Below are positions 12,940 to 27,960 of a stretch of DNA of 64,000 nt, piece after piece. Below the pieces are notes generated by a model, which saw only the letters and a program-made list of their open reading frames with translations, did no database searches and was not told the DNA's origin. Position 1 is the first letter of the stretch. Each line of letters begins with the position of its first letter. Origin of the DNA: the human T2T-CHM13v2.0 reference genome, Homo sapiens; NCBI RefSeq assembly GCF_009914755.1, contig NC_060930.1. The stretch is one strand, 5' to 3'. Position numbers and translations under genes: made by a program.

Positions 12940-14210
12940 TCAGCTTCTACACAGCCAAAGAAACTCAACAGAGTAAACAGGCAACCTACAGAATGGGAGA
13001 AATTATTTGCAAACTATGCATCCAACAAGGTTCTAATATCCAGAATCTATAAGGAACTTACACTAATCAACAAGAGAAAAACAAACAAGCCCATTAAAAA
13101 GTGGGCAAAGGTTGGGAACAAACACTTCTCAAAAGACATAGAAGAGACCAAGAAACATATGAAACAATGCTCAACATTTTGACTTGCATCAGAGAGATGC
13201 AAGCCAAAACTACAATGGGATAGTATCTCACACCAGTCAGAATGGCTATTATTAAAAAGTCAAAAAATGTCAGCTGTTGGCAAGGTTGTAGAGAAAAGGG
13301 AATATACGTTGTTGGTGGGAACGCAAATTAGTACAGCCCCTGTGGAAAGCAGTTTGCAGATTTCTCAAACAACTAAAAATACATAGAACTACCATTTGAC
13401 CCAGCAATCCCGTTAGTGGGTGTACTCTCAAAGGAAATTAATCATTCTACCAAAAGGACACATGTACTCATATTTATCATAACATTACTCACAATAGTAA
13501 AGACATGTAATCAACCTAGGTGCCTATCAATGGTGGACTGGATAAAGAAAATGTGGTATACATACACCATGAAATACTACACAGCCATAAAAAACCAATT
13601 GGCCGGGTGCCATAGCCCATGCCTGTAATCCTAGCATGCTGGGAGGCCTAGGCAGGAGGATGGCTTGACTCCAGGAGTTTGAGACTAGCTGGATGTGGTG
13701 GTGCATGTCTGTAGTTCCAGCTTTTCAGGAGGCTGAGGCCAGAGGATCTCTTCAGTCCAGAGGTTTGAGGCTGCAGTGAGTTATGATTATACCAATGCAC
13801 CCTAGCCTGGGAGACAGGACGAGACCCTGTCTCTATGAGACAAAAAACAAACCCTAAAATTATGTCTTTTGCAGCAATACTGATGCGGTTGGAGGCCATT
13901 ATCCTAAGCGAATTAACACAGAAACAGAAAATAAAATATCGCATGTTCTCATTTATAAGTGGGAGCTAAATTTTGGGTTCACAGGGTCATAAAGATGGGA
14001 AAAACAGACACTGGGAACTCCAGAAGAAGGGAGGGAGGAAGGGAGGTAGTGGCTGAAAATCTTCCTATTGGGTATTATGTTCACTATCTGGGCAATGGGA
14101 TTAATAGAAGCCCAAACCTCAGCATAAAACAATGTACCCTTGTAACAAGCCTGGCCATGTACCCCCGAATCTAAAATAAAATGGAAAGTTTAAAAAAATT
14201 AAAATAAAAA
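12940..14210 (+). mobile_element. 5'-truncated LINE-1 (end of ORF2 plus 3' UTR, L1PA15/16-like), interrupted by an Alu
   Basis: CAACCTACAGAATGGGAGAAA, CACCAGTCAGAATGGCTATTATTAAAAAGTC, GAACTACCATTTGACCCAGCAATCCC, ATAGAAGCCCAAACCTCAGCA, A-rich end; possible TSD AAAAACTTTGCTCAG / AAAAATATTGGCTCAG. Confidence 0.92.
13601..13853 (+). mobile_element. Alu SINE (AluJ-like) with internal deletion, nested in L1
   Basis: GGCCGGGTGC start; GAGACTAGC joins directly to TGGATGTGGTGG, so the end of the left arm and the A-rich linker are missing. Confidence 0.9.
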
Positions 14211-14600
14211 TATTGGCTCAGAATCTGAAAATGTCATAAGAACAGTATTACCTGAGAATAAAAACATTAATTAAAGATTTATTACTTTGGTTACTTCCTG
14301 GCAAAATGGCTTAGAGTGAATCCTGGTTCTTTTAATTCCAGAGCCTTACAGCCCAGGGCATGTAAACTTTAAAGTTAATAGTCACAAACAAAAGCTGCTA
14401 AATTGGAAGAAGATTGTGACTAAAGGTAACATATATCTTTAATAATGATGGTTTTAAGAGAGGCAAGCAGTGGAAAAGCTCAGTGAATCTAAATTCAACT
14501 ACAGCCCTATCTTCTTGGGACCCTAGGGGAGTAGAATTGTTTGGTCCATTCAACTCATTAAGTCACTGTCTACTTAAGCTTAAATCTAAAATTCACCCTT

Positions 14601-14938
<338 letters not shown>

Positions 14939-15713
14939 CAAATTCATCCTTTCTTAAATTATCTGAAAAATAATTGCGGGACCAAATGCAAATCTATGAT
15001 CAACCAAATATACAGGAGTCCTGTGATTACAGCGAATCCCACTTCCTGCTGGGTTTTTACTATAACCATCACCAGCCCTAAGGCTTTCAAGATCCTGCGT
15101 TCCCTGATCGGCTGTTCACTCCAACCAGCTCTCAGCAGCTGTGGTGAAAGAACGGTGATATGCCCTTGGCCAGTCTAAACAAAATGCTGGTTTTTATTTG
15201 AGAATTAAGCCAGAAGTACCCAGAGGATTGTCATCTTCACTAATGACCAGAGACAGAGACCGTGTTTTCTTGAACAATTTGCCTGCAGAAAAGGACCCTG
15301 CAGCGGCAAGGAAAATCTCAGAATCCTCAGCCCTTGAAAATTGAGGCTTCGGTCATTTCCATTCTCTTTTGAAACGGGGGGTTATTCTGTTTGAGGAATA
15401 TTGTGTTTCAGATAGATTCAAACAACCAACTAAAAAAAGTATGACTCCTGAACACAGAACCTGGAAAAAACAATTTCCTCTTCTTAATAAGGACCTCTGT
15501 GTATGTAGTAAATCAAATGCTCATTTTCTTCACAGGGTTGTTTATCTTTATTTTTCCTATGAGGTGTTTTCTGCCTGCGGGCCACAGTGCAATGGGAATT
15601 TATTCCTTAGATAAAAATTAGGTCAAATGTTATTCTACAAGAAGGATCTAAAATTTACACTTAAAGTGAGACTAATATACTTGCATGCTCATTAGAAAAA
15701 AATCAACATTCTC

Positions 15714-16133
<420 letters not shown>

Positions 16134-16891
16134 TCAGCACTTCATCAGGATTAATGTCTCCCAGTACTAGTAATGATTCTCCCACCCTTAGGTAAAGAAA
16201 TGAGACTCAATCGCCTGGCTTCAACCAAAGTCTACAGAAATGAAACAAGGGATTTGTAGTCACAAGATCTGGGTTTAAAGTCGGGAATTTACCACTTATT
16301 CACAGTCATCTTAGTGAGGTCATTTCAGTCATTCAGCAGACATGTATTGAATGTTTCATCCATGCCAGATACTGTTCCAGGCATTTGAGAGATAAAGATT
16401 ACAGATATAGCCTGTTCTCGGTAAGTTTACGGTAGAGCAGAGAAACAGATATGCAATCTCCCTGCAACATGAAAGTTAAAATAATGTAAATTGCAGAAGT
16501 TGGAGTGCAAGGCACACAATGAGTTTGGCAGAAGGCTGGGAAGGCCTTTAAGGGACCTCACGAGGTGACATTTATATTGACAATGTCTCCAGCAGTCTGC
16601 ATCTGACCCTTATTGTTAGAGGCACAGAAATTCTTTCTGGTCAGGGTCCCAGTGCACATCAGGCTTGCGGAGGCTGACGCTTGCTGATTACACTCTCAAA
16701 AGGCTGAAATGTACAAATCATAAAACCAATTTGTTAATTTAGAGGTAAATATATAACTGTCCAGTGCCCTAGTTATTTACACTTTCAGGTTTAATTTCTC
16801 ATCTGTCAACATAGCAATAATGATAATAGTGGCACATTTGCTGTATACTTCATAAGAATGTGGCTAAGTTTGGAGATAAAGTCTAGCTATA

Positions 16892-17246
<355 letters not shown>

Positions 17247-18370
17247 TCAACTATTCATTGAGTGTTTAATTTGCATTTTTTCTATTGTTAAGATGTTCAG
17301 TGTTCTTCTTCAATGTTAAGATGTGGATATTATGATGTCAGTTTCATAAGGGAGAAAACTAAAGCTTGGCGAATTTAAATAGCTTAATCAAGACCAGACA
17401 ATTAAGATTCACATCCAAGATTTGAACCTGGCTGCCTTATTCCAAAACCTGTGGTGTTGGACCCTAAATATACAATTTCTCATGAAATGATAAAAATAAA
17501 TCTGAAAGAGCTTTAGGAGCTGCAAAGACCTTTACAAACATGACTTAATAGGATGTGGCAAGAAACAAGGGTAAGCCAATGAAAATAATGGCTGGTTTTA
17601 AACCCTACTATCACAGGTTACTGGCCATTCTTTTTTAATACCCTACACATACTTTTTTTCCTAATGAAATATACAGCACTTGGGATATAACCATAAAAGA
17701 GCTGGCCAACATGCTCCATATCAGCGAATGATACTTACAGCTAATGTGTGTATTATAAATATAGTATATGTACACTATGTGTATGTAGCAATTTATAGTT
17801 TTTCTTTCCTATACATATTGGTAGTTTTCACCATGGCTTGAATGTCTCAAGCATATTTCATGAACTGAATATTGTACCAATGATGCTATGCTAAGTGATA
17901 TCTAAATTTGACACTTATGATGGGTTTTATGCAGGTAAAAGTCCAGAGGCAATGAGAAAAGGTAGCAGTTGAGGATTTGAAGGGTTTTTTAAGTAGCAGC
18001 AGCAAACACATCTCAAGAACCGTGTGTGCAAGGTTGAGACTTTGAGAGCAGGTCTATGAACTAGGCCATCACCAAGTAGCCTGCCTGTCCCCCAAATGCT
18101 CACTGAGCTCTCTTCTTGATTAGGGATGATACCTCATCTTTGTACCCTTGCCAAAAACCAGTGTGTTCAACATCATTAACTAACATGGGCTCTAATACAT
18201 GAGGACAATAGATGTTAATTCCAAATACACCAGAAATTCTCCAGAGAAAGCCTGTAAAATGGTGCCAATATTCTGCAGAAGGTTTTTAGAGCTAGGCGGC
18301 ACCAACCCCACTAAGGTACCATTGCGCTTCCTGTAAAAATTCTTAACTAATGGCTTAAGAAGGACATCTT

Positions 18371-19200
18371 CATCATCATCATCATCATTATTATTATTAT
18401 TATTATTAAGTTCTGGGATACATGTGCAGAACGTGCAGGTTTGTTACATAGGTATACATGTGCCATCGTGGTTTGCTACACCCATCAACCTGTCATCTAC
18501 ATTAGGTATTTCTCCTATTGCTATCCCTCCCCTTATCCCCCACTCCCTGACAGGCCCCAGTGTGTGATATTCCCCTCGGTGCCCATATGTTCCCATTGTT
18601 CAACTGCCACTTATGAACATTTATGTGGTGTTTCGTTTTCTGTTCCTATGTTAGTTTGCTGAGAATGATGGTTTCCAGCTTCATCCATGTCCGTGCAAAG
18701 GACATGAACTCATTCTTTTTTATGGTTGCAGAGTATTCCATGGTGTATGTGCCACATGTTCTTTATCCATTCTACCATTGATGGGCATTTAGGTTGGTTC
18801 CAAGTCTTTGCTATTGTGAATAGTGCTGCAATAAACATACATGTGCATGTGTCTTTATAGTAGAATGATTTATAATCATTTGGGTATATACCCAGTAATG
18901 GAATTGCTGGGCCAAATGGTATTTCTGGTGCTAGATCCTTGAAGAATCACCACACTGTCTTCCACAATGGTTGAACTAATTTACACTCCCACCAACAGTG
19001 TAAAAGCATTCCTGTTTCTCCACATCCTTTCCAGCATCTGTTGTTTCCTGACTTTTTAATGATCGCCATTCTAACTGGTATGAGATGGTATCTCATTGTG
19101 GTTTTGATTTGCATTTCTCTAATGACCAGTGATGATCAGCTCTTTTTCATATGTTCGTTGGCCACATAAATGTCTTCTTTTGAAAAGTGTCTGTTCATAT
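18371..19200 (-). mobile_element. 5'-truncated LINE-1 (L1PA7/8-like) with (CAT)n(TAT)n tail
   Basis: TACATGTGCAGAACGTGCAGGTTTGTTACATAGGTATACATGTGCC...GTGTCTGTTCATAT; TSD TAAGAAGGACATCTT (18356-18370) / TAAGAAGCATATCTT (19200-19214). Confidence 0.96.
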
Positions 19201-21279
19201 AAGAAGCATATCTTAAGTGTACTCTTCTTCCAAGGTTATGATATAAGGATCGCTTGACAATTACAAAATTCATTGCTGATGTATTATACAAACTCTACTA
19301 ATTTTTATGGGCAAGTAAGGCAACACTATAAAGTGGTTTTATAATTTCACACCATCTTCAAAATGTCATTGCCCTGGACATGTGGTCCATAGACAGTGCC
19401 ATCATAGTGGCCATGCCTTTCTTCCCAAAACACTCACACACAGTTTTTGATGTGTTATTGACTGACCAGTATTTCCTAAATAAATTAGTAATGAACTACC
19501 AAAATGTAAACATTTTTGGTTGTGTTGACATTTAATAGAGAACACACTTTGTTTATTCAGGGACTTCTCTTGAGCTGCAGGGACTTGCCTGTTAGGCAAT
19601 TGTGAAGGTTCTAATTTCTTAAAAGGAAGGTTCCATAAAAAGGCTTAACAAGTCACCCAACGCTACTATTCAGAAGACAAAAGGGAGGTTGCACTGTGGT
19701 TTGCCAATCTGGATATTCTTTAGACTACACACAGGTCCTGTTAACCAAACAACAAAAACAATAATAATGCTAACTCCATAGTCTTCCTTAGACTAGGACA
19801 TCCCATATATAAACCTCAAGTTAAGACAGGCATTTTAGCCATGTGTTGTAATGAAATATATGCTGAATTGAAAAGAGGAAACAGAGAAGCTAAACTCCTT
19901 TACCAATGACTTCCCATCACTGTATTGCTCTTCTGCTGTTAGAAGAAGAATAGCTCAATGAAACAGGGTAGAGGCTCTGTGCTGTAAGTAAAGGAGGAGC
20001 AGTGGTCTTCTTTGTTTTAAGTAAGTCAGTTATGAACATGTAACTTACAAAAGTTTGTCTTTTCAGTTCTTTTCTTTAGACTGCAATTAACCATACTCTC
20101 CCATATATAAATACTATGTAGGACATCTAACCGTATCATTTCTGGCAAGAAGTACACATTCTGACCAGAACCAAAAACTTGGCTCTATGCCAGAATAGCT
20201 CATTTCGATCAGTTCATTTTTTAAAAAAATTAACCTTGGAAATAAATACATATATACACAAAAACACACATATATGTAAATATATATGAATGGATGTGGG
20301 CATATATATTAGTATATGTAAAGTACCATGTATGTATTACAAAATGTGTTTGTGTGTATCATAAAACTATGATTACCATGTGTAAGTTACTATACCAATA
20401 ATTTATATGTTAGTGGAAGTAAAGGTGAGGGATCTACAGATAAATATTGTCTGTGCTTTTAAAGAAGCTTATATTCTAGGAAGAGAGACCCAACATGAAT
20501 TCTAATATAATATGGAAGTGTGAAAGGAGAGAGCAGATGGAAGGAGAAAGACTTGTGTGTGGGCTGACTGTAAAGCAGCCAACCTCAATATTCCGTATGA
20601 AAACACCAGTATCGGGGTATAGGCAGCGACAGCACTTGTAAATTCAGCATGAGTTGCATGGTTGGCCAATGTTGGTGAGTCCTGTGGAGATCTGGAGCCA
20701 GAATGGCCTGACCTTGAGCACAGGGGATCTTACTGAGACATCAGGAAGAAATAATGCCCCTGGAGTCACAGTCTAGGTCAACTACAAAGCACTAGATCTG
20801 GGAGACTGTGAGGAAGGAGGAAACACACCTCTACTGTCCATCTCAGGGTCACCGGCATACACTGGGGGATGGCTCTTATCACAGAGATACTTACTGTTTA
20901 GGGCCACATCCCCCTCCCTTACAAGCCCGAGACAAGAGAAGAATGATCAGTGGTAAGTTACTACTCATACAGCCATTAAAAAGTTCAACAGAGTTTCAGC
21001 AAATACTTCTGCTTTTTCATACACCACAGGGATCATGATGCACCATGCTTTTTGCGTTCAGCAGGGTCTAGAACAAGGAATAAAGGAAACTGAAAAAAAA
21101 GCACATCTTCTCTGATGTGTGTGCACAACTGAGAAACTTTTGGAACCAAAATTATATCTCCATGCACCTTCTACTACTAATTAATTACAGCAACCTACAA
21201 TATATAAATAACCTTGTACCAGATTCTATATGTAAGAGTCTAGAAGTGGCCAGGAAGACCCCTCTGCAATTGAAGCAAC

Positions 21280-21470
21280 TGTGTTGAATGAACAGAACAG
21301 TGACCTCTTCTTTGGAAGACATGGGTTCCACCCCAGAGCTACCCCTTACCACCTGTGTCCTTGAGCAAGTCATTGAAACTCTCAGAACCATAGCTTTTCG
21401 CCTTTAGATGGGGACTCTGATAAATACATCACAATAATCCATTAAAGGGCTTTATGAACTCTACAGCTGT
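21280..21470 (+). mobile_element. MIR fragment
   Basis: GGAAGACATGGGTTC...TGTGTCCTTGAGCAAGTCATTGAAACTCTC resembles the MIR core. Confidence 0.6.
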
Positions 21471-21540
21471 ATAATTGTCAGCAGCATTTGCTAACATATA
21501 CAGTATGTAGAGAAGTTATGAAGTTGGAGTCTTTACTGTA

Positions 21541-21886
21541 TAGATTAGTCTGCTCAGGCTGCTGCAATGAAGTACCACAGACTGGGTAACTCAAAGAATA
21601 GATATTTATTTCTCACAGTTCTGAAGGCTGGATGTCTAAGATCAAGGTGCTAGCCCCCTTGAGGGCCCTCTTCCTGGCTTGCAGACAGCTGCCTTCTCAT
21701 GGTATCCTCATGTGATGGAGACTGAGTAAGCTCTGTTCTCTCTTTCTCTTTCTATAAGGCACCAATACCATCAGGGGGATTCATGACCTCCTATAAACCT
21801 GATTACTTCCCAAAGGCCCCACCTCTAAATACTGTCATATTGGGGTTAGGACTTTTGAAGGAGACACAAACATTCAGTCCATAATA
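21541..21886 (-). mobile_element. MaLR solo LTR (MLT1A-like)
   Basis: TTAGTCTGCTCAGGCTGC...TACCACAGACTGGGT...TTTCTCACAGTTCTG...AAGATCAAGGTGC...CCCAAAGGCCCCACCTCT...ACAAACATTCAGTCCATA. Confidence 0.88.
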
Positions 21887-22569
21887 CTGTAATATCGAGA
21901 TGACTATTGTTTTTATTAAGCCAGCAGAAAACAGATAAGGAGGTGAGATTATGAAATGCCCTGAATGAGCTTTTCCCATTCAAAGGCCAGGATCTGATCA
22001 CAGAAGTGCAGTCCTGGGAGGACATTCTCAGGAAATAAATGTGTTGTTTAAAAGTTAAGAAAATCAGGTTTGGGTAATCACAATTTCATGCTACAAAATA
22101 GGATGATAATTGATTTGACGCTTACCTTCTTCATAAAATGTATTTGTTATGTTGCCCAGCATTTCAAGTAATAAAACATCTTTGAAAATAAAATAAAAAG
22201 GCCCAGGTGATTTTTGTGTGTGTGTGTAGATCCACAGGAGCAACAATTGCTGAGGGTGAGTTCAGTGAAGGTAAATTCTGTAGCAGTTCATGATTCATGA
22301 GATTAACTTACAGCAGACGTAGGAAAGGTAAATGGGTAGTAGAGAGGATACAGTTGTTCGAGTTTCATGCACCGACACTAAGGCATTGTGAATCTGGTAC
22401 CATGTGAAATAGTTACCATTGCTGGTGGTATTCAATACCTTTAATTTCCTGATCTGGCATAGAGTGGTAATAGAAAAGCTAGACTCAACACCCGATTTAT
22501 TGGACTGTCTTACTAATCCACTGAGTGTCAATCACAAATAAGGAAGCGAGGATGTGGGTACACAAATTC

Positions 22570-22760
22570 AGTGGTTCTCAAACTTTTACTGCATGTATGT
22601 GAATTGCCTGAAGGGGTTGTACAAACAGATTGCTGGGCCCCATCCCCACAGTGTCGGGTTCAGTTGATTGATGTGGGGCCTGGGAATTTCCATTTTTAAC
22701 ATGTTCTCAGGTGATATTGATGCTGCTGATTCAAAAGGGTGTTGCTGTTTGCGAACTCCA
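22570..22760 (+). mobile_element. MER5A hAT-Charlie DNA transposon relic
   Basis: CAGTGGTTCTCAAACTTT...CAGATTGCTGGGCCCCATCCCCA...TCAGGTGATATTGATGCTGCT. Confidence 0.85.
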
Positions 22761-22780
22761 TGTAATTAAGAGGAAAATCA

Positions 22781-23106
<326 letters not shown>

Positions 23107-23438
23107 TTAAATTCTAAGAAATAATTCCTTCAGTTAATTTGTCCTTTTGAAGAGATTCAGTGAAAATCCATGAGACAAACATGGAGACCTCCATGGACTA
23201 GAGCATAGTTTCCAGTGTGGATTTCTTCAGTAGCTTAAAGGATTTCATGGTTGACTTATACAGCCCGGCATTTATAATCCACTTCATTCTCTTCTTGATT
23301 TTCTTGTTTGTGGCCCTAATCGACTGTTCTTCATTGCTATCTACACAACTAAGTGTGGTGTGCTAGTGCCACTGTGTTAGTGCTGGTTAGCACTAGCCAA
23401 GGGCAAGAAGTGGAGGGTAGGGAAGAAAAGGCAAGAGA

Positions 23439-23553
23439 CAGGGTGACCAACCCTTCCCAGTTTTCCTGGGACTACCCCAACTTTTAAAATGGGAAGTTCC
23501 TCATCCCAGGAAAACCCCCAGTCCCGGACAACTATGATGGATAGCCACCGTAG
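23439..23553. mobile_element. MER81-like hAT-Blackjack MITE
   Basis: AGGGTGACCAACC..TCCCAGTTT.CCTGGGACT ... CAGTCCCGGACAAC..GATGG..GCCACC with degenerate TIRs. Confidence 0.7.
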
Positions 23554-23837
23554 CAGAGGCACAGCTTCTGTGGCACTGGGAGGACACTGTGGGCACTGGG
23601 AGGACTAGGCAGAGGGAGGAAGGATAAAGACCACTGATAATGTTATTTATACTGACATCTTGACAGCACTGCTTCAGACTAGTGAAATGCCTTGACAATG
23701 ATGGTATCATGGGAGCAGAAAAATATCCTTCAATACTGATGCACTAATTTGACAAATACCAGCAAGGTCATACCTGCTGCCTTCTGTCTAGATTCCAATA
23801 TGAGGCTATTGCTGAGATACCATGTAATTGTTTAATG

Positions 23838-23875
23838 GGTGTGTGTGTGTGTGTGTGTGTGCGTGCGTGTGTGTA
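23838..23875. repeat. (TG)n/(TGCG) microsatellite, Z-DNA-prone
   Basis: About 37 bp of alternating purine-pyrimidine including CG steps. Confidence 0.95.
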
Positions 23876-26365
23876 GACAATCCTTCATCCCCAGGCTCTT
23901 TTAATCTTTGATTCTCTGGTCTTTTCACTCTCTTTAATGGGCACCTTTGTACACTATTCCTATAGGCAGTGGCGTGCTCAGTAGTCTGAAGCTGTAACAA
24001 AGCTTCACCATTGTGAAAGCTCTGTCATCCTCTGCTTATTAGAACCATTCAAATATAATAGTTTGCAAAGCTGTAAAATGACAGGTTTGAATTTCTTGAT
24101 GTTCCGGGACAGTCCCACTTCTAGACAGCTTGCTATGTTTTTCCCACAAGTGTCCTTGATCTTATTGGATGTGGGGGATTCATTTCTTGCATGAGGAGTT
24201 TGGTATGTTTTCTTCCAGCTATAAAACCTAATGATTCTCTTCCCCTAGGGAATGCAGATGGCTCAATGATGAAGTTCAGTGGGAGAGCACTGCTTGGCCC
24301 TAGGTTCCATCCTGTGCTTTTTGTCTTTTCCCTCCTCCCTCCCCACCCTAAGAAAGGCACCGCCTCCAACAGGAACAGCTGAGGGAGCCTCAGAGTCATC
24401 CCCTTTCTGCCTGAGAGAGTGATTCCGGAGGGAGATTTACAACTCTTTCAATTATGTTTTATATTGTATGGGGATAGGCATGGTACTCAGCAAATTTCAG
24501 CCCAAGCAACAGTTTTGGGGAAGAACCATAATGATAATAATGCCAGAATTTATTCTTTCCGTGTGCCTAAGTAATTCAAGCTGATGGTGGTGTTTCTGAT
24601 TACAGACTGAAAGCTTTTCGCTTACTCTCATTTAGAACAAATGGTATATCAAGCAAACAGATTGCATATATTATAGAACCTGAGCTTTTCCTGGTAAAGA
24701 AAAAGAGAGAAAAATATTTGGGTTGCATTTTAAACTTAACCTATGGGCTATTTTAACCTCTTCCTCTCTCCCCACCCTTCCACCCACATCCCTGGTAGAG
24801 GACTGGTTCCAGGCAGCTCTGAAATTCTCTCATCCATTTCTCTCTCCCTGAAAAAGAATGGAAAAGTTTCAAGAATTTTCCCCCTGCACCCCAGGACTGC
24901 TATTTTTTTTTTTATGTCAGAAAGAATTGGTACCTACAAGGCTCCGCCCACTCAATCTTCTTTCCTCCCACACACATGCCATGTCTTTGTAGGCTGATTT
25001 GGGGTAATTGAGAAGTCATATTCACAACGTACCATTTATATTCACAATGGTTAAGGAGGCTCTGCAGGGTGCCCAACTTCCCTCTGCAAATAAAATATTA
25101 TGCAAGTTGCCTTGCTGAGAAGAGACTCTGTGCTTTGGTGGCAGAGAAGAAATGCCAACAATAGATGGGAGGTATTTTCAGCAGGCTTGTATGCTAGGAA
25201 ACCAAGTGGCCCGTAGGTGCTAAACTAGCTTTCTGTTTGTCACTGCTGTTGAACCGAAACAAAGCTTTCAAAGGAAATACGTGGTACCGTATGGATTTCA
25301 GGGCTACAATGCCATTTTGCAAAATGCTTTTTTATCCTCCTCTCTCCCTCCCCCCAGTTGCCCGTTGTGTTTGCTAAGTTTTAAGCTTAGCTAATAGTTT
25401 GGAACCTGTAGTGAAGAGAGAGAGAGAGAAGTTCACCAGGCTACAAGCTGCATCAGGCACTGGTGAAAGGAAAAAAAATCAGGCCTCCAGCGAAGGGGGG
25501 TTTGCAACATACTTAGGCAAAGGCTCAGTTTTGGACCTCCAGCCTGGGTATTTGTACTGGTCTCTTCAGTTCAGAGGTCAAGACCAAAACCCAGGTCACT
25601 TGATCCCCATCCTAGCACTCTAGCCTTCACAGTAGGCACCTGACTGTCTTCTGCATCTTCTGTGGTGGCTGCTTCTAGGAGGCAAGGGAGAGTTGAACCT
25701 CACTAGGCTCATTGCAAACTGGAAATAACAATACCTAAATGATCAAGTTCTTCCAACAATTGAATTACATAATGTACAAGTTATTCCTATTTGTTATGCT
25801 CTTTTCTAAATTCTTAATATGCACCAATTCCTTTATTAGTAACCATAATGAATTCCAGCTCAGTTATTATCCCCACTTCATTGAAAGTGAGAATGAGGTA
25901 CAGAGATGGCAACTGACTTGCCCCAGAGGTTAATTAATTCAATGTTTGACAAGGCGCTAATGAATGGAGGAATTAGAATTTTAACACTAGCCCTCTTGCT
26001 GGAGAAACTCAGTTCATTATCAGAGCCCTCTCCCAATGCCTAATACATAGCAGCACTTCACAAAATACAAATACGCTGTCATTATCAGTATTAAGAATTT
26101 TAAAGTCAGGTGACTACATTGCAAGATGGTGAAATATCAAGAGGTATTTGTTGGGTTTTTTTCCTCCTTTTGTTCCTTGCATAATTTAACTAGATTACCA
26201 GAGGAATGAAGCAAGGGGAAGGGAGGAACTGGCCTATTGTCTGTGTGTGGGTAGACATATAAGACAGTCTGTATGCCTAGACCCCTCTATTTTTAGACTA
26301 ACATTGCCACAGTTCCACACCAATCCATAGATATATTTGCTGGGAATAAGAAGTTCAGGTGCTAA

Positions 26366-26763
<398 letters not shown>

Positions 26764-27271
26764 TCATGATGAGATGATATGTATTTCTAAAGATGCATTT
26801 GGCATGAAAATACATATTCTGGAGATGTCAACCCCAGTAGAGAAAGGGGAGAGGACACGTGAAGCCAGGATTGGCTGGGAGATAGTCCACAGTCTATCAA
26901 GATGAGTGAATCAAGACTCTTTCATCGATTTCACCAAAATAGCACTTGGGGAAGAAGATGGAGATATTGCAGAGAAACACATAATAGCAGACAGAGAAAG
27001 AAAGGAGCAATGGGAAAGGGTGAGGAGAGGGGAAAGAGAAGAAAGTTGTCAAATTCTTTCTTACTACTCTGAAAATAGCAAAAAGCATATGTCCTGGCCT
27101 TTCCCCAGAGGATCATAGAAAGAGTGTAGCAACAGTTTATGAAAACTTAAGGGCAGTTTAAAACATGACCAGGACCTAGACCCCAGGCAGGCATTCTATC
27201 ATTTAGAACAAAAAGAAAATAATAGCTTCATATTGTCTTTTCACCAAAAGCCAGGAAAATATAAGAACCTC

Positions 27272-27350
27272 AATTCTGCTTGGAATTCCAAGCAGAATTC
27301 CAAAGGGGTTCCACTTTGGAGAACCCCTTTTAGGTAAGAATATCCTAAAA
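27272..27350. repeat. Cluster of three abutting inverted repeats
   Basis: Perfect palindrome at 27272-27299; AAAGGGGTTC/GAACCCCTTT at 27302-27330; TTTTAGG/CCTAAAA at 27328-27350. Confidence 0.9.
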
Positions 27351-27657
27351 CTTGCCCAGTAGTCGGTTCCAGGTCTTGGGTAGCAGGTCCTTGTGAATTC
27401 TATTTTACAATCACTAGCAAAGTTCAACATACTCTTCTCTTCATCCAAGCCCCTTTCTACTGCCACCCACAGCCTCCTAATCTGCATGTCCCTCAGAGCT
27501 GACTGTGCTTCAGGTAGAACAACCCTGGGCCACCAGAGACTCACAGGGCATTGATAGATTCCCAGCCTGTGGCTGACAGTGGTTCCCCAAGATGTACAGA
27601 ATGAGGGACAAATTTAGTAGAACATGTAGATTCCTCTATCACCCACCTCCACTTCAT

Positions 27658-27960
27658 AGTCCAACCCTATTTCCCACCCCTAGCACCACCTGCCTACTAA
27701 TCCAGTCCTGTCTCACACTCCATGCACCTCTACCTAAGAGTCCAGCCCTATCCCAATCCCTTGCACCTCCTCCTGATGATCCAGTCCTAGCCTCAACCAC
27801 CTGTGCCTCTTCCCAATAGTCCATCTTCTGCACCTCCACCTTCCTGTCTAGCCCTAGCCCCCACTTTGTACCACAATACTGGTCCTCCTGCAGCTTTCCC
27901 TGATGGTCCAGCCCTATCTACCACCCTTGCACCTTCCCCTGATGATCTAGCCCTATGCTT
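27658..27960. repeat. Degenerate ~39-40-bp minisatellite
   Basis: Recurring unit TCCAGCCCTAT...CCCTTGCACCT..CCTGATGA, 7-9 decayed copies. Confidence 0.75.
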
